From contig CBDCTH010000012.1 in NCBI GenBank assembly GCA_965222155.1, forward strand, positions 608,001 through 672,000: DNA of 64,000 nt. The letters are read 5' to 3'. Positions within the stretch are counted from its first letter, which is position 1. Each line of letters starts with the position of its first letter. Positions 18,651 to 27,412 of this stretch are shown piece after piece. The notes under the pieces were generated by a model, which was given only the letters and a program-made list of their open reading frames with translations, did not search any database and had not been told where the DNA came from. Position numbers and translations under genes: made by a program. This stretch comes from Gammaproteobacteria bacterium. Lineage in GTDB: Bacteria > Pseudomonadota > Gammaproteobacteria > Eutrophobiales > Eutrophobiaceae.

Positions 18651-20957
18651 TCAGTTCCAACTGTACCTGACCGAACCGATGACCTCCCGCGGCGGGATAT
18701 ACTCGTTGCTCGTCGTCCACAGGCCGTACGGATTGGTGAAGACGTTATTGATCCCGTTCTTGTCGAAAACATTGGTTACGCTCAGGTTGAAACTGATAGG
18801 CATATTGCCCACATCATAGGCAAAATACAGGTTGACCAGGTCGTAGCTGGGCACGGTGTCCACCCGCGGATGATTGAAGATGCGGGCCTGGAAGTCGCCC
18901 CGATGGACATACTCCACCCGCGAACTCAATTCGGAACCGTCGGAGAAGGTGTGGGTGTTCGTCAGGGCGACACGCGCAGTGAGATCCACCAGTTTCGGCG
19001 GCTTGTTGCCGTTGAGATTGTTGGCGTTGTTCATCCTGATCCGTTCCTCAACGGCGCCCGGGGTAAAAAGACCCAGTTGGAAAGGTACCAGTGCGGCCTG
19101 GAAATCCTCAACGTCGAGCGCGAAAACGTCCGACTTCACCTTGCCGTCCTGCCAGGCCAGCATGCCGTCGAGTTGCCAGCCATCTGCGACCAGCCAGTTC
19201 AGTTCGGACTCTATACCGTACTCCTCCGATTTGGGGATGGTCCAGGTGCCCCCGGCGAACGGCGTCGGGTCCTCGTAGGTGTACTGCATGTGCTCGTGGT
19301 CGTAATAGAAGGCCGTGACATTCAGACGCACGCGCCCGTCGAGAAAGGTATTACGGGTGCCCAGTTCGTATGCCGTCACCTCCTCGGGCTCGAATTGGCT
19401 GGGTTTGAATGTCCCGGGACTACCGGAACCACCGTTCTTCCAGCCGGTGGATACCAGGCCATAGACCAGATTGTCCTCGGTGAGGTGCACGTCTATCCCT
19501 GCCTTCCAGGTCACTTCCGAGTCGTTCGTTGTCCGGCGACCATCACCAAAAATGCCGAAGAACTGGGACGTTTCATCGAGCTGGTCCTCGTCCTGGTAAC
19601 GCACTCCCGCGGTCACGGCGAACATATCGTTCAGCCGGTACGTAGCCTGCCCGTAGAAGGCGTAATCCTCACGGGTCACGGTACGAACTTCGGTAAAATT
19701 CAGATGGGACTGGAACGGTGGCAGGGTTTGAGCAGTCAATTGGGAACGAGGCAGGGACGCCGGTGATGCCGAGAACGGCCCCGGACCCGTGGCTTCCAGG
19801 AAGTCGTTGAAGTTCTCGTGGTGCAGGTAATAGCCGCCAATAACCCAATCGAGTTGCTCACTACTGTAGCTGATGCTGATCTCCTGGCTGACGGCATCGG
19901 AATCATTGTCCCAGAACGGCAATATGTCCCAGTTGTTAAATGCCCACCCGGTATTATTGATCAAAGTGAGATCTTCATTCAAGCGGTCGCCGTCCACCGA
20001 CTGCTCCTTCCTGAGCACCTGCCAGCCGGTAAGCGACTTGACCGTTACCCCCAGAGGGGTCGCCCACTCCATGATCAGCGATGCGCTGTAGTTCTCCATT
20101 GCGAAGATGCCGGGGTAGTCTTGGGACAGTTCACGCAGGTCGCGGTTGGGGTCGTTCACGTTCTTCTGCGCCGCCGCATGGTGGTCGGCGTCGTGTATGA
20201 ACACCTGTGCGTGGGCCGAGAAGTCTTCCGACGGTTGCCACAGCACCGCCAGTTTGCCGGTGAAGGAGTCGGCATCATCCAGGTCGTAACCGTCCAGTTC
20301 ACCGCCCTCAATCTCCGAGAACCCATCGCGTTCGTACTTCTGAACTGCGGCCCGGAACGCCCAGGTGTCGGAAAGCGGCACGTTTATCGAGGCGCGTCCG
20401 CGGATATTGTCATAAGTTCCGTAGCTGAGCTCTACAGAGCCTTCCAGATTGTCGAAATGGGGCTTCCTGGTCACGATGTTGATGGAGCCGCCGGTGGTGC
20501 CCTGGCCGAACTCCGTGCCCTGCGGGCCGCGCAAGACCTCGACCCGCTCCAGGTCACCGAGGTCCAGGCCCATGGCCAGCGGGTTGGCAAGATAGATGCC
20601 GTCGATATAGGTCAGCACGCTGGGCTGCGTCGTGAGGTTCTGGGCCGTTTCCCAGCCGATGCCGCGAATGGTCACGACACGGCCGGCGCCGTCGTTTTTC
20701 GCAACAACGAGCCCGGGCACGTAGCCGTTGAAGTTGTCCAGCCTTACGACATTGGATTTATCGAAGTCCTCGCCGGACAATACCGATACTGCAATGGGCG
20801 CATCCTGGAGTGACACCTCGTGTTTGCGCGCAGTCACCACGACCTCTTCCAGGACTGATTGCGCCAGGGCAGGTAGCGGTGCAATCATGGTTGAAGTGAC
20901 AGCCCCGGCGACGAAAAGCTTTACCAACTGATACACGTTTTTCTCGAACTTGATCAT
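18651..20957 (-). CDS. TonB-dependent receptor
   Basis: Signal peptide, TonB box LEEVVVTARK, plug motif RVEVLRGPQGT and a beta-barrel-type C-terminus. Confidence 0.95.
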   Translation of the reverse strand: MIKFEKNVYQLVKLFVAGAVTSTMIAPLPALAQSVLEEVVVTARKHEVSLQDAPIAVSVLSGEDFDKSNVVRLDNFNGYVPGLVVAKNDGAGRVVTIRGIGWETAQNLTTQPSVLTYIDGIYLANPLAMGLDLGDLERVEVLRGPQGTEFGQGTTGGSINIVTRKPHFDNLEGSVELSYGTYDNIRGRASINVPLSDTWAFRAAVQKYERDGFSEIEGGELDGYDLDDADSFTGKLAVLWQPSEDFSAHAQVFIHDADHHAAAQKNVNDPNRDLRELSQDYPGIFAMENYSASLIMEWATPLGVTVKSLTGWQVLRKEQSVDGDRLNEDLTLINNTGWAFNNWDILPFWDNDSDAVSQEISISYSSEQLDWVIGGYYLHHENFNDFLEATGPGPFSASPASLPRSQLTAQTLPPFQSHLNFTEVRTVTREDYAFYGQATYRLNDMFAVTAGVRYQDEDQLDETSQFFGIFGDGRRTTNDSEVTWKAGIDVHLTEDNLVYGLVSTGWKNGGSGSPGTFKPSQFEPEEVTAYELGTRNTFLDGRVRLNVTAFYYDHEHMQYTYEDPTPFAGGTWTIPKSEEYGIESELNWLVADGWQLDGMLAWQDGKVKSDVFALDVEDFQAALVPFQLGLFTPGAVEERIRMNNANNLNGNKPPKLVDLTARVALTNTHTFSDGSELSSRVEYVHRGDFQARIFNHPRVDTVPSYDLVNLYFAYDVGNMPISFNLSVTNVFDKNGINNVFTNPYGLWTTSNEYIPPREVIGSVRYSWN

Positions 20958-21054
20958 TACCAACCCCCATATTGTGAACAGTTGTATTTTTGTTTAATTT
21001 TGTGACAAAAACTACAATGAGACTTGCACAAATGCGCCTTTTTATTTGACAAAA

Positions 21055-22503
21055 TCACGGATTTTTGCGCTCGCTGAGTACGGTATGGAACGGAAGCAGC
21101 CGGGTTATCAGTATGGCGCCCAGCACCAGGCCGACACAAATAGCGATAATCGCAATATCATAGTTGCCGGTCACATCGAATACCAGGTCCATCAGGAACG
21201 GGGTCAGGCCCTGGGTCAGGACGATCACGCCATACATACTCCCGGATATGGCGCCATAGTGCCTGGTGCCGAAATAGCGGGACAGGAAATAGGGCAATAC
21301 ACCGTATTCCGTACCGAGACCAAGCCCCATCAACATGCCTGATAACAGCAACAACGGATAACTGGACGTTGATTCCAACAGGATGAGACCGGCCAGCGCC
21401 AGCAGGTAAAACGGCGCGGCGATCCACGGCCTCGGTATGCGATCAAGCATATAACCCATGCCGATCTGCCACCCGGCGGTGACCAGGGAAAACGTCGCCA
21501 GTACGGTGGTTGCCTGCCCGGCCGGCACGCCCCGGTCCAGCAACATCGGCACCACGTGGGCGAAAATCGCGGTCATACACCCGGCGCCCAGAGCTATTGC
21601 GGCCAGGATGATCCAGAAAGTATGGGTCTTCAAGGCTTCCGTCAGGGTGAACCCGGATATCACACCGGCGGGTGTGATGGACGCGCCGGATTTTTGGCTC
21701 TGGCGGGCGCCTGCGACCGATAGCATAGCCGTAGCTCTGGTTGAGGGAGCACGTGTCCGCCAGAGCCAAAAAGACCAGCGAGGGCGCATCCGCCGGTGTG
21801 ATATCCGGGTTTGTCCCGCCGTCTTTTCAAGGTGTTCCGTTGCGCTTCGGGAAATGCCTCGCGGTGGGTCCCTGAGCAACAGGTACAACACCGGAAAACC
21901 GATCAGGATAATGGCCGCGCCGATACCCTGGAATCCGGCCCGCCAGCCATAGCTGCTGATCAACGCATAGACGAACAGCGGCGACAGGGCCGCGCCGATG
22001 CCGTTGCCCAGCCCGCCCGCAATACCCAGGAACAGGCCGCGTCGCTGATCAAACCAGCCCGCGATCACCTTGGTAAACATCACGGAACTGGGAATGGCGG
22101 CGGTAATACCGATTAAAGCATAGGCTGAATAAAACTGAATACGGCTGGCTTCGGCCAGGGAGACCGAAGCAACGGATGCGGCGAATAACACGTTACCCGT
22201 CAGGATTACCGGCCTGGCGCCGTAACGGTCAATCAGCCGGCCGACGATGGGATAGCCTATCGCTCCCGCGATTGCGATGATAAGCAGGACAAAAGACACG
22301 CCGGCGCGGGGCCAACCGAATTCAGTCGCAATGGGGATCAAAAACAGACCGAAGACCGTATACACCATGGGCGTCACGCTGACCCCGTTACCTACGGTAC
22401 AGGCAACGACCACACCCGCCGGGCGGGTGAACAGCGGGATGTTTAATAATTTCGACATCGTCATATCAATCGATAAGTAGAATGGCGTCTGGATAAGCAT
22501 CAT
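21055..22503 (-). CDS. MFS transporter carrying an in-frame 54-aa repeat-derived insertion
   Basis: GRLIDRYGAR motif A, WFDQRRG, YFGTRHYGAI and multiple hydrophobic segments. Confidence 0.9.
   Translation of the reverse strand: MMLIQTPFYLSIDMTMSKLLNIPLFTRPAGVVVACTVGNGVSVTPMVYTVFGLFLIPIATEFGWPRAGVSFVLLIIAIAGAIGYPIVGRLIDRYGARPVILTGNVLFAASVASVSLAEASRIQFYSAYALIGITAAIPSSVMFTKVIAGWFDQRRGLFLGIAGGLGNGIGAALSPLFVYALISSYGWRAGFQGIGAAIILIGFPVLYLLLRDPPRGISRSATEHLEKTAGQTRISHRRMRPRWSFWLWRTRAPSTRATAMLSVAGARQSQKSGASITPAGVISGFTLTEALKTHTFWIILAAIALGAGCMTAIFAHVVPMLLDRGVPAGQATTVLATFSLVTAGWQIGMGYMLDRIPRPWIAAPFYLLALAGLILLESTSSYPLLLLSGMLMGLGLGTEYGVLPYFLSRYFGTRHYGAISGSMYGVIVLTQGLTPFLMDLVFDVTGNYDIAIIAICVGLVLGAILITRLLPFHTVLSERKNP
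21650..21811. mobile_element. 162-bp MITE-like element (family A) inside the MFS gene
   Basis: Perfect 22-bp terminal inverted repeats AACCCGGATATCACACCGGCGG; internal core shared with the intergenic copies. Confidence 0.88.
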
Positions 22504-22802
22504 GCCCCAGTTAGCAATTACTTTCCAGGTTCAGCAGGTGCTCCCGCTAAAACGAGGTCAATACAGTTTAAGACAAGGGGGACAGGAAGATAGGGGGGGA
22601 CAGATTTAAATCTGTCCCCTGAGAGTCTGACCATGTTTCCCTGGGAGGGAGGGCGTCTCGCCCTCCACGAGGGCAGGATGCCCTCGACCCCGGGAGTTAG
22701 CGGGAACTGCTGCAGGTTCAGCCTGTTAGCGGGAGTTACCGGCTGAAAGCATGTGCAGGGTAGTTGCAAAGTCTCTGGGCGCATCAGTGCAAGACAGCTT
22801 AA

Positions 22803-22886
22803 ATATTTGGGGTCAGAGTAAAAATACTCAACAATAAACCAGCGCTATCTACGTTGTGGCTGTATTTTTACTCTGACCCCCAAAAT
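22803..22886. repeat. REP-like hairpin element, copy 3
   Basis: atatttggggtcagagtaaaaata...tatttttactctgacccccaaa. Confidence 0.8.
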
Positions 22887-22916
22887 TTTTTATCATCATG
22901 CAGTCTTATACAGGTA

Positions 22917-23948
22917 ATGAAAGTAGCTATCTTCTACGATAATCCGGCCCTGCGTGACTACTGGTATGCCGTGGCAACGGAACAGGAAATCAACGGGCAG
23001 CCCGTTGCCCGGACCCTGCTCGGCGAGAACATCGTCATCTACCGGGATCCCACCGGTAACGTTGTCGCGGCACCTGACAGGTGCCCGCATCGCCAGGCGC
23101 CCCTTTCTGCAGGGAGTGTGGAAAAGGGGGTGCTGGCTTGCTGTTATCACGGCTGGTCATTCGGCAGCGGGGGAAAGTGTGTCTCCGTCCCGTCTGTTGC
23201 GCCTGACTTTCCGATCCCGGACAATGCCCACCTGGCCTGTTTCAATACCAGCATCAAATACGGCCTGGTCTGGGTCTGCCCGGGCGACTCTCCAAAGGAG
23301 TTGCCGGCCATCATCCAGGAACAGGACGAGTCTTTCCGGCGCATCAACAACCCGGTTGACCTGTGGCGGGTCTGCGCCATGCGCATGACGGACAACTTTC
23401 TCGACATCGCGCACTTCCCCTGGGTCCACACCGGCACCTTCGGCAACAACCAACGGCGTTCCGTCCCGGAGATTGAGTTGGAAATGCTGGAAGGTGGTTA
23501 CTATGGCTATGAATATAAGGTCGTAGCGGACAACCCGCCCAACGCCAACCTCAGCTCAGGCCGTAGCAGCGAGGTGGTCAGCCGGCAGATGAGCACCGGT
23601 TTTCACCTGCCGTTTACCGTGCGCAGCACCATCTCCTATGACTCGGGGTTGCATCACATCATGCTGCTGTTGACCACGCCGATTGACGACGTCACGTCTT
23701 ATTTTACTTTCGTCGTATGGCGTAACGACGATTTCAGCGTATCCGCAGAAGACGTCATTACATTCGACCGCATGATAGGCGAAGAGGATAAACAGATGCT
23801 TGAGAAAATCCCCGGCGTCCTGCCTTTTTCACCCCTGGCGCTGGCCAATTCCCAGTCGGACAAACCCTCTGCCGCATGGCGTCACCAGTTCACTCGTATG
23901 TTGGGAGTGCCTGTCGAAAAACGCCAGGGCCCGCACAACACATCATAA
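22917..23948 (+). CDS. Rieske oxygenase, VanA/demethylase-like
   Basis: DRCPHR..CCYHGW Rieske motif, DNFLDIAHFPWVH and C-terminal EEDK...SDK. Confidence 0.9.
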   Translation: MKVAIFYDNPALRDYWYAVATEQEINGQPVARTLLGENIVIYRDPTGNVVAAPDRCPHRQAPLSAGSVEKGVLACCYHGWSFGSGGKCVSVPSVAPDFPIPDNAHLACFNTSIKYGLVWVCPGDSPKELPAIIQEQDESFRRINNPVDLWRVCAMRMTDNFLDIAHFPWVHTGTFGNNQRRSVPEIELEMLEGGYYGYEYKVVADNPPNANLSSGRSSEVVSRQMSTGFHLPFTVRSTISYDSGLHHIMLLLTTPIDDVTSYFTFVVWRNDDFSVSAEDVITFDRMIGEEDKQMLEKIPGVLPFSPLALANSQSDKPSAAWRHQFTRMLGVPVEKRQGPHNTS

Positions 23949-23983
23949 CCAGCCTCAGGATTTCACTATTTCAGTACCAAGCT

Positions 23984-24189
23984 CAGGGCAACCGCATACT
24001 TTTGGATTCTGTTGCAGAAGACAGGAAACCAACCGGAAAACACCGCCCGTCATGCTGGCGAATGCCAGCATCCAGTCAAACAACAGCGCAGGCTCAGGGT
24101 AATGAAGGGTTATTCACTGGATTCTGGCCTGCGCCAGAATGACGGAATCGGGCAAAAACATCTGAATTCAAAAGTATGCGTTTGCCCTG
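23984..24189 (+). mobile_element. 206-bp MITE with ISAs1-like ends, copy 1
   Basis: TIRs CAGGGCAACCGCATACTTT / AAAGTATGCGTTTGCCCTG; 10-bp duplication GTACCAAGCT on both sides. Confidence 0.9.
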
Positions 24190-24261
24190 GTACCAAGCTA
24201 AAATACAAGTTGAAAATATGGCACCAAGAGCTATATTTATGCTGAATAACAAGGAACGTCG

Positions 24262-24636
24262 ATGCGTGTATTTAAAATCAGGTAGTTCAGTAAATGGGCC
24301 GCGAAGGAGAGAGTAACGGACAATGTTCTGCGGCACGTGGTTGCTGAAATGGAGCGTAGTCTGGTGGGAGTAAATCTTGGCGGTCAGATCTTTAAAAAAC
24401 GCGTGGCATTGAGTGGTCGGGGCAAAAGCAGTGGGGCGCGTACCCTCGTGGCTTACCGGATAGGAAGCACAGCCTTCTTTATTTACGGTTTTGCCAGGAA
24501 CGTAAAGGACAACATCAGGGCTGATGAACTGAAAGCTCTGAAAGCCTCTGCTGATATATTGTTGGGTTACAACAACGAAGAATTGAGTCGGGCGATAAAA
24601 GCGGGTGAATTAATCAAGGTTATAAGCGATGAATAA
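24262..24636 (+). pseudogene. RelE/ParE-family toxin with premature TAG at codon 8
   Basis: MRVFKIR*FSKWAAKE...NLGGQIFKKRVA..GRGKSSGART..FFIYGFARN; TAG at 24283-24285. Confidence 0.8.
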
Positions 24637-24811
24637 TAAATCCATCCTGGAAGTTGTGCATGAGAGCGCCAAAGGTCTGTACGAAATCGGGCTGATAGAT
24701 GAACAAAAGATGCGCGAGTTTGACGCCTTGTGCCTGCCGCAGAAAACGGTGTCTGATGTCAAGGAGGTTAAGCGCCTCCGGCCGCAAAGCAAAACCAGTC
24801 AGCCGGTGTGA
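24629..24811 (+). pseudogene. HTH antitoxin, C-terminally truncated
   Basis: SILEVVHESAKGLYEIGLID..MREFDALCL...SQPV then stop; the HTH that normally follows SQPV is missing. Confidence 0.72.
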
Positions 24812-26178
24812 ACATCCGGGATGCCGGAACGTTTGATGATTGCCTCCCCTGCGGCTTGCGCGGCTGCGTAGAGTTCGTCTTCGTCAATCAGGGTGTGCCG
24901 GTAGTTTTCCACCACTCGCACCCCGTCCACCCAGACGCTGTGCACGCTCCTGCCGTCCGCGCACCAGACCAGTTGTTGCAGGACGTTCAGCAAGGGACGC
25001 CACTCCGGTCTATCCGTGTCGTGCAGGACGAAGTCCGCCTTCTTGCCTGCTGCAATCGAGCCGATCTCATCCTGTAGTCGCAGTGCCCTGGCACCGTTTT
25101 GCGTGGCCATGTCGAGCGCCTGACCGGCGGGAAAGATTTTGTTGTCTTGGCGGGCATCCTTGAACAGCGCCGCGGCCAGGGCCATTTTCTGCATCAGGTC
25201 GGAACCGTAACCGTCGGTTCCCAGCGAGATATTCATGCCTGCCTGCGCCATTTCAGGGGCACGGCCCAGCGCGCTGATACCGAAGGCGCCCTTCAGCGCA
25301 GCAAACGGACAGATAATGGCGTTGGTCCGTGTTTCGGCCAGCAATGTCTCCTCGTTGTCGTCAATATGAACCAGGTGAGTCAGGCACAGGTTATTGCCAA
25401 GCACGCCTATTTCCGCCAGGTGTTCAACGGGCCGCCGTCCCAGATTTTCGAGGTACCAGGCCGGGTCTGTCCGGTAAGGACTCATATGCGCTGACACACC
25501 GAGGTTATTTGCATCGGCAATGGACTTCGCAGCCTTCCACACTTCATCGGAATTGGTTGAATGCCCGATCAAAATGGGCCAGGCTGCTATTTTTTGACCG
25601 GAGTTCGCGGGGAAACGCACCACCTCTTCCTCCAGCAGGCGAACAGCCTTTTCGGTCAATTCCGCTTCATTGTCATCCGGGCCGAATGCGCGCCCTTGGA
25701 CCCAGGCTCCGACACGGGCGCGTATCCCGGCCTGGTCCAGACCCTCAACCACCTCATCCAGGTAGCGGATCGTTCCGGCCTCAAGAAAACAGGTAGTCCC
25801 CGCGCGCAGCATCTCGACGGCTGCGAGCCGGGCCGAGAGCCGTTCGTCAGCAGGCGTATGGGCCAGGTAACGGGGGATCACCCAGCGCCGTAGGGTGTCG
25901 CCAAAACCATCGCTGATGTCGTCTGGTACATAGCCCCGGGTCAACGGGTCGCCGGTGATGTGGATATGTGCATCGATAAACCCGGGCGTGATGACGAAGC
26001 GCCTGCCATCGATCACACTGGTTGCATTAACTTTGTTCTCAAGCTCGGACCGTTTGCCGACCGCGGCGATCCGGTCGCCCCGGATCGCAACAGCGCCATC
26101 CTTGATAATCCGCCGCGCCTCATCCTGGGTGACGATGAGCGCGCCCTTAATAAGCGTATCGACGTGTTCCACAGTCAT
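24799..26178 (-). CDS. Amidohydrolase family (SsnA/MtaD-like deaminase)
   Basis: PGFIDAHIH, AGTT, SLGTDG and GKKADFV motifs. Confidence 0.92.
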   Translation of the reverse strand: MTVEHVDTLIKGALIVTQDEARRIIKDGAVAIRGDRIAAVGKRSELENKVNATSVIDGRRFVITPGFIDAHIHITGDPLTRGYVPDDISDGFGDTLRRWVIPRYLAHTPADERLSARLAAVEMLRAGTTCFLEAGTIRYLDEVVEGLDQAGIRARVGAWVQGRAFGPDDNEAELTEKAVRLLEEEVVRFPANSGQKIAAWPILIGHSTNSDEVWKAAKSIADANNLGVSAHMSPYRTDPAWYLENLGRRPVEHLAEIGVLGNNLCLTHLVHIDDNEETLLAETRTNAIICPFAALKGAFGISALGRAPEMAQAGMNISLGTDGYGSDLMQKMALAAALFKDARQDNKIFPAGQALDMATQNGARALRLQDEIGSIAAGKKADFVLHDTDRPEWRPLLNVLQQLVWCADGRSVHSVWVDGVRVVENYRHTLIDEDELYAAAQAAGEAIIKRSGIPDVHTG

Positions 26179-27134
26179 ACAATCCTGTCCTCAACCTGCC
26201 GCCGCCGGTATTCCCGGGGAGACATGCCGTATTCTTTTCGAAATGCCCGGCTGAAATGCGCGGACCCGTTAAAACCCCAGCGGAAACAGATTTCTGAAAT
26301 CGACAAATTGGCATGCAGGGTACTGGCCAGGTCCGCCCGGCAGCGTTCGAGCCGGCGCGTACGCAGGTAGTGGACGAAACTGTTTCCCGCTTCAGTGAAC
26401 AGGCGCTGCATATAGCGGGTGGACACTCCCTCTGCCTGTGCGACCATGCCGATTGTCAGGTCCGGTTCGCTCAGGACGGTTTCTATCCTCTGGCAGATCC
26501 GCTGCAGGTGATAGGCCCTGGCGCCGGAAACCCCACCGAGACTGAATACCGACTTCTCATCACCCAGACCCGTGATAAGAAATTCTGTGAGTGCCGTTTC
26601 CACCGGGCGCAGTTGCTCAGGGGAAACCTCTTCGATCACTTCAGCTAAAGATTGCAGCATCCCGGAGAAGACGTGATTGATCCCGGACCGCGCCGGCAGG
26701 TGGCCGAGCTTCAAAGACAGGGGCGCAAACACCCTCGGGCTGAGTATCAGGCGTTGCGCTTTGACGAACAGTTGACGAAAATCCAGGGTAAAACGCAGGA
26801 CAGCCTCTACATAAGTGGGTCCGTAGACGATATCGCCCGGGACGAGGTCCAAGCGCTGATTGTCATAACTGAGTGACGCCTCACCTTCAAGCAGCAGGGT
26901 TAACCAGATCGCCGCGTCCTGCTTGAGATAGCGGCCGGAGATTTCATGGGGTTGGGCGTCAAGCAGGGCAAATTCCATTCCCAGGGGCGAGGTGATGCAG
27001 AAAATCTCACCGCGAAAACCCGCTGTTTCCGGCAGTTCACCGACCGGCAGACATAAGCGGTGCATGGCGTCGCACCACGCCCGGCCCTGCTCTTGCTCCG
27101 AAAACGCTGCGGTCGTGAATTTCCAGGACTTCAT
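26175..27134 (-). CDS. AraC family transcriptional regulator (FeaR-like)
   Basis: C-terminal SISEICFRWGFNGSAHFSRAFRKEYGMSPREYR. Confidence 0.93.
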   Translation of the reverse strand: MKSWKFTTAAFSEQEQGRAWCDAMHRLCLPVGELPETAGFRGEIFCITSPLGMEFALLDAQPHEISGRYLKQDAAIWLTLLLEGEASLSYDNQRLDLVPGDIVYGPTYVEAVLRFTLDFRQLFVKAQRLILSPRVFAPLSLKLGHLPARSGINHVFSGMLQSLAEVIEEVSPEQLRPVETALTEFLITGLGDEKSVFSLGGVSGARAYHLQRICQRIETVLSEPDLTIGMVAQAEGVSTRYMQRLFTEAGNSFVHYLRTRRLERCRADLASTLHANLSISEICFRWGFNGSAHFSRAFRKEYGMSPREYRRRQVEDRIV

Positions 27135-27412
27135 AAATGTCTGTTATCAATGCCGAAACGGTAAATATAATCATGCGCCGACAATTTGTCCAAGAGATAG
27201 TTTGAAAGATCTGTCCCGGACGCGCTTGGTACCACCCCTGTTCCCTACGTGACATACGCCCGTGAATGGGTTACACTGGCGCTTCTTTTTGTTAGTATAA
27301 GAAAAAAGTACGCGCGTCGTTTTAACAGGATGCAGGGGCGCGCATGAATCGCTATCCGCCGGATGTGGCCGTAGTTTCAGGTGCCGGGCCGGTCGGCAGA
27401 AGACGGGATGTG

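Noticed and set aside
22505-22800. Possible ncRNA or riboswitch between the MFS and Rieske genes
   Set aside because: The region is a patchwork of short palindromic repeat fragments, some recurring elsewhere (e.g. TAGCGGGAACTGCTG near 40636), with no recognisable riboswitch motif.
8218-24285. Two in-frame TAGs where Trp would fit (DUF3800 at 8218, RelE at 24283), suggesting amber recoding
   Set aside because: Many intact genes here end in TAG and the DUF3800 gene also has a frameshift, so ordinary nonsense mutations are more likely.
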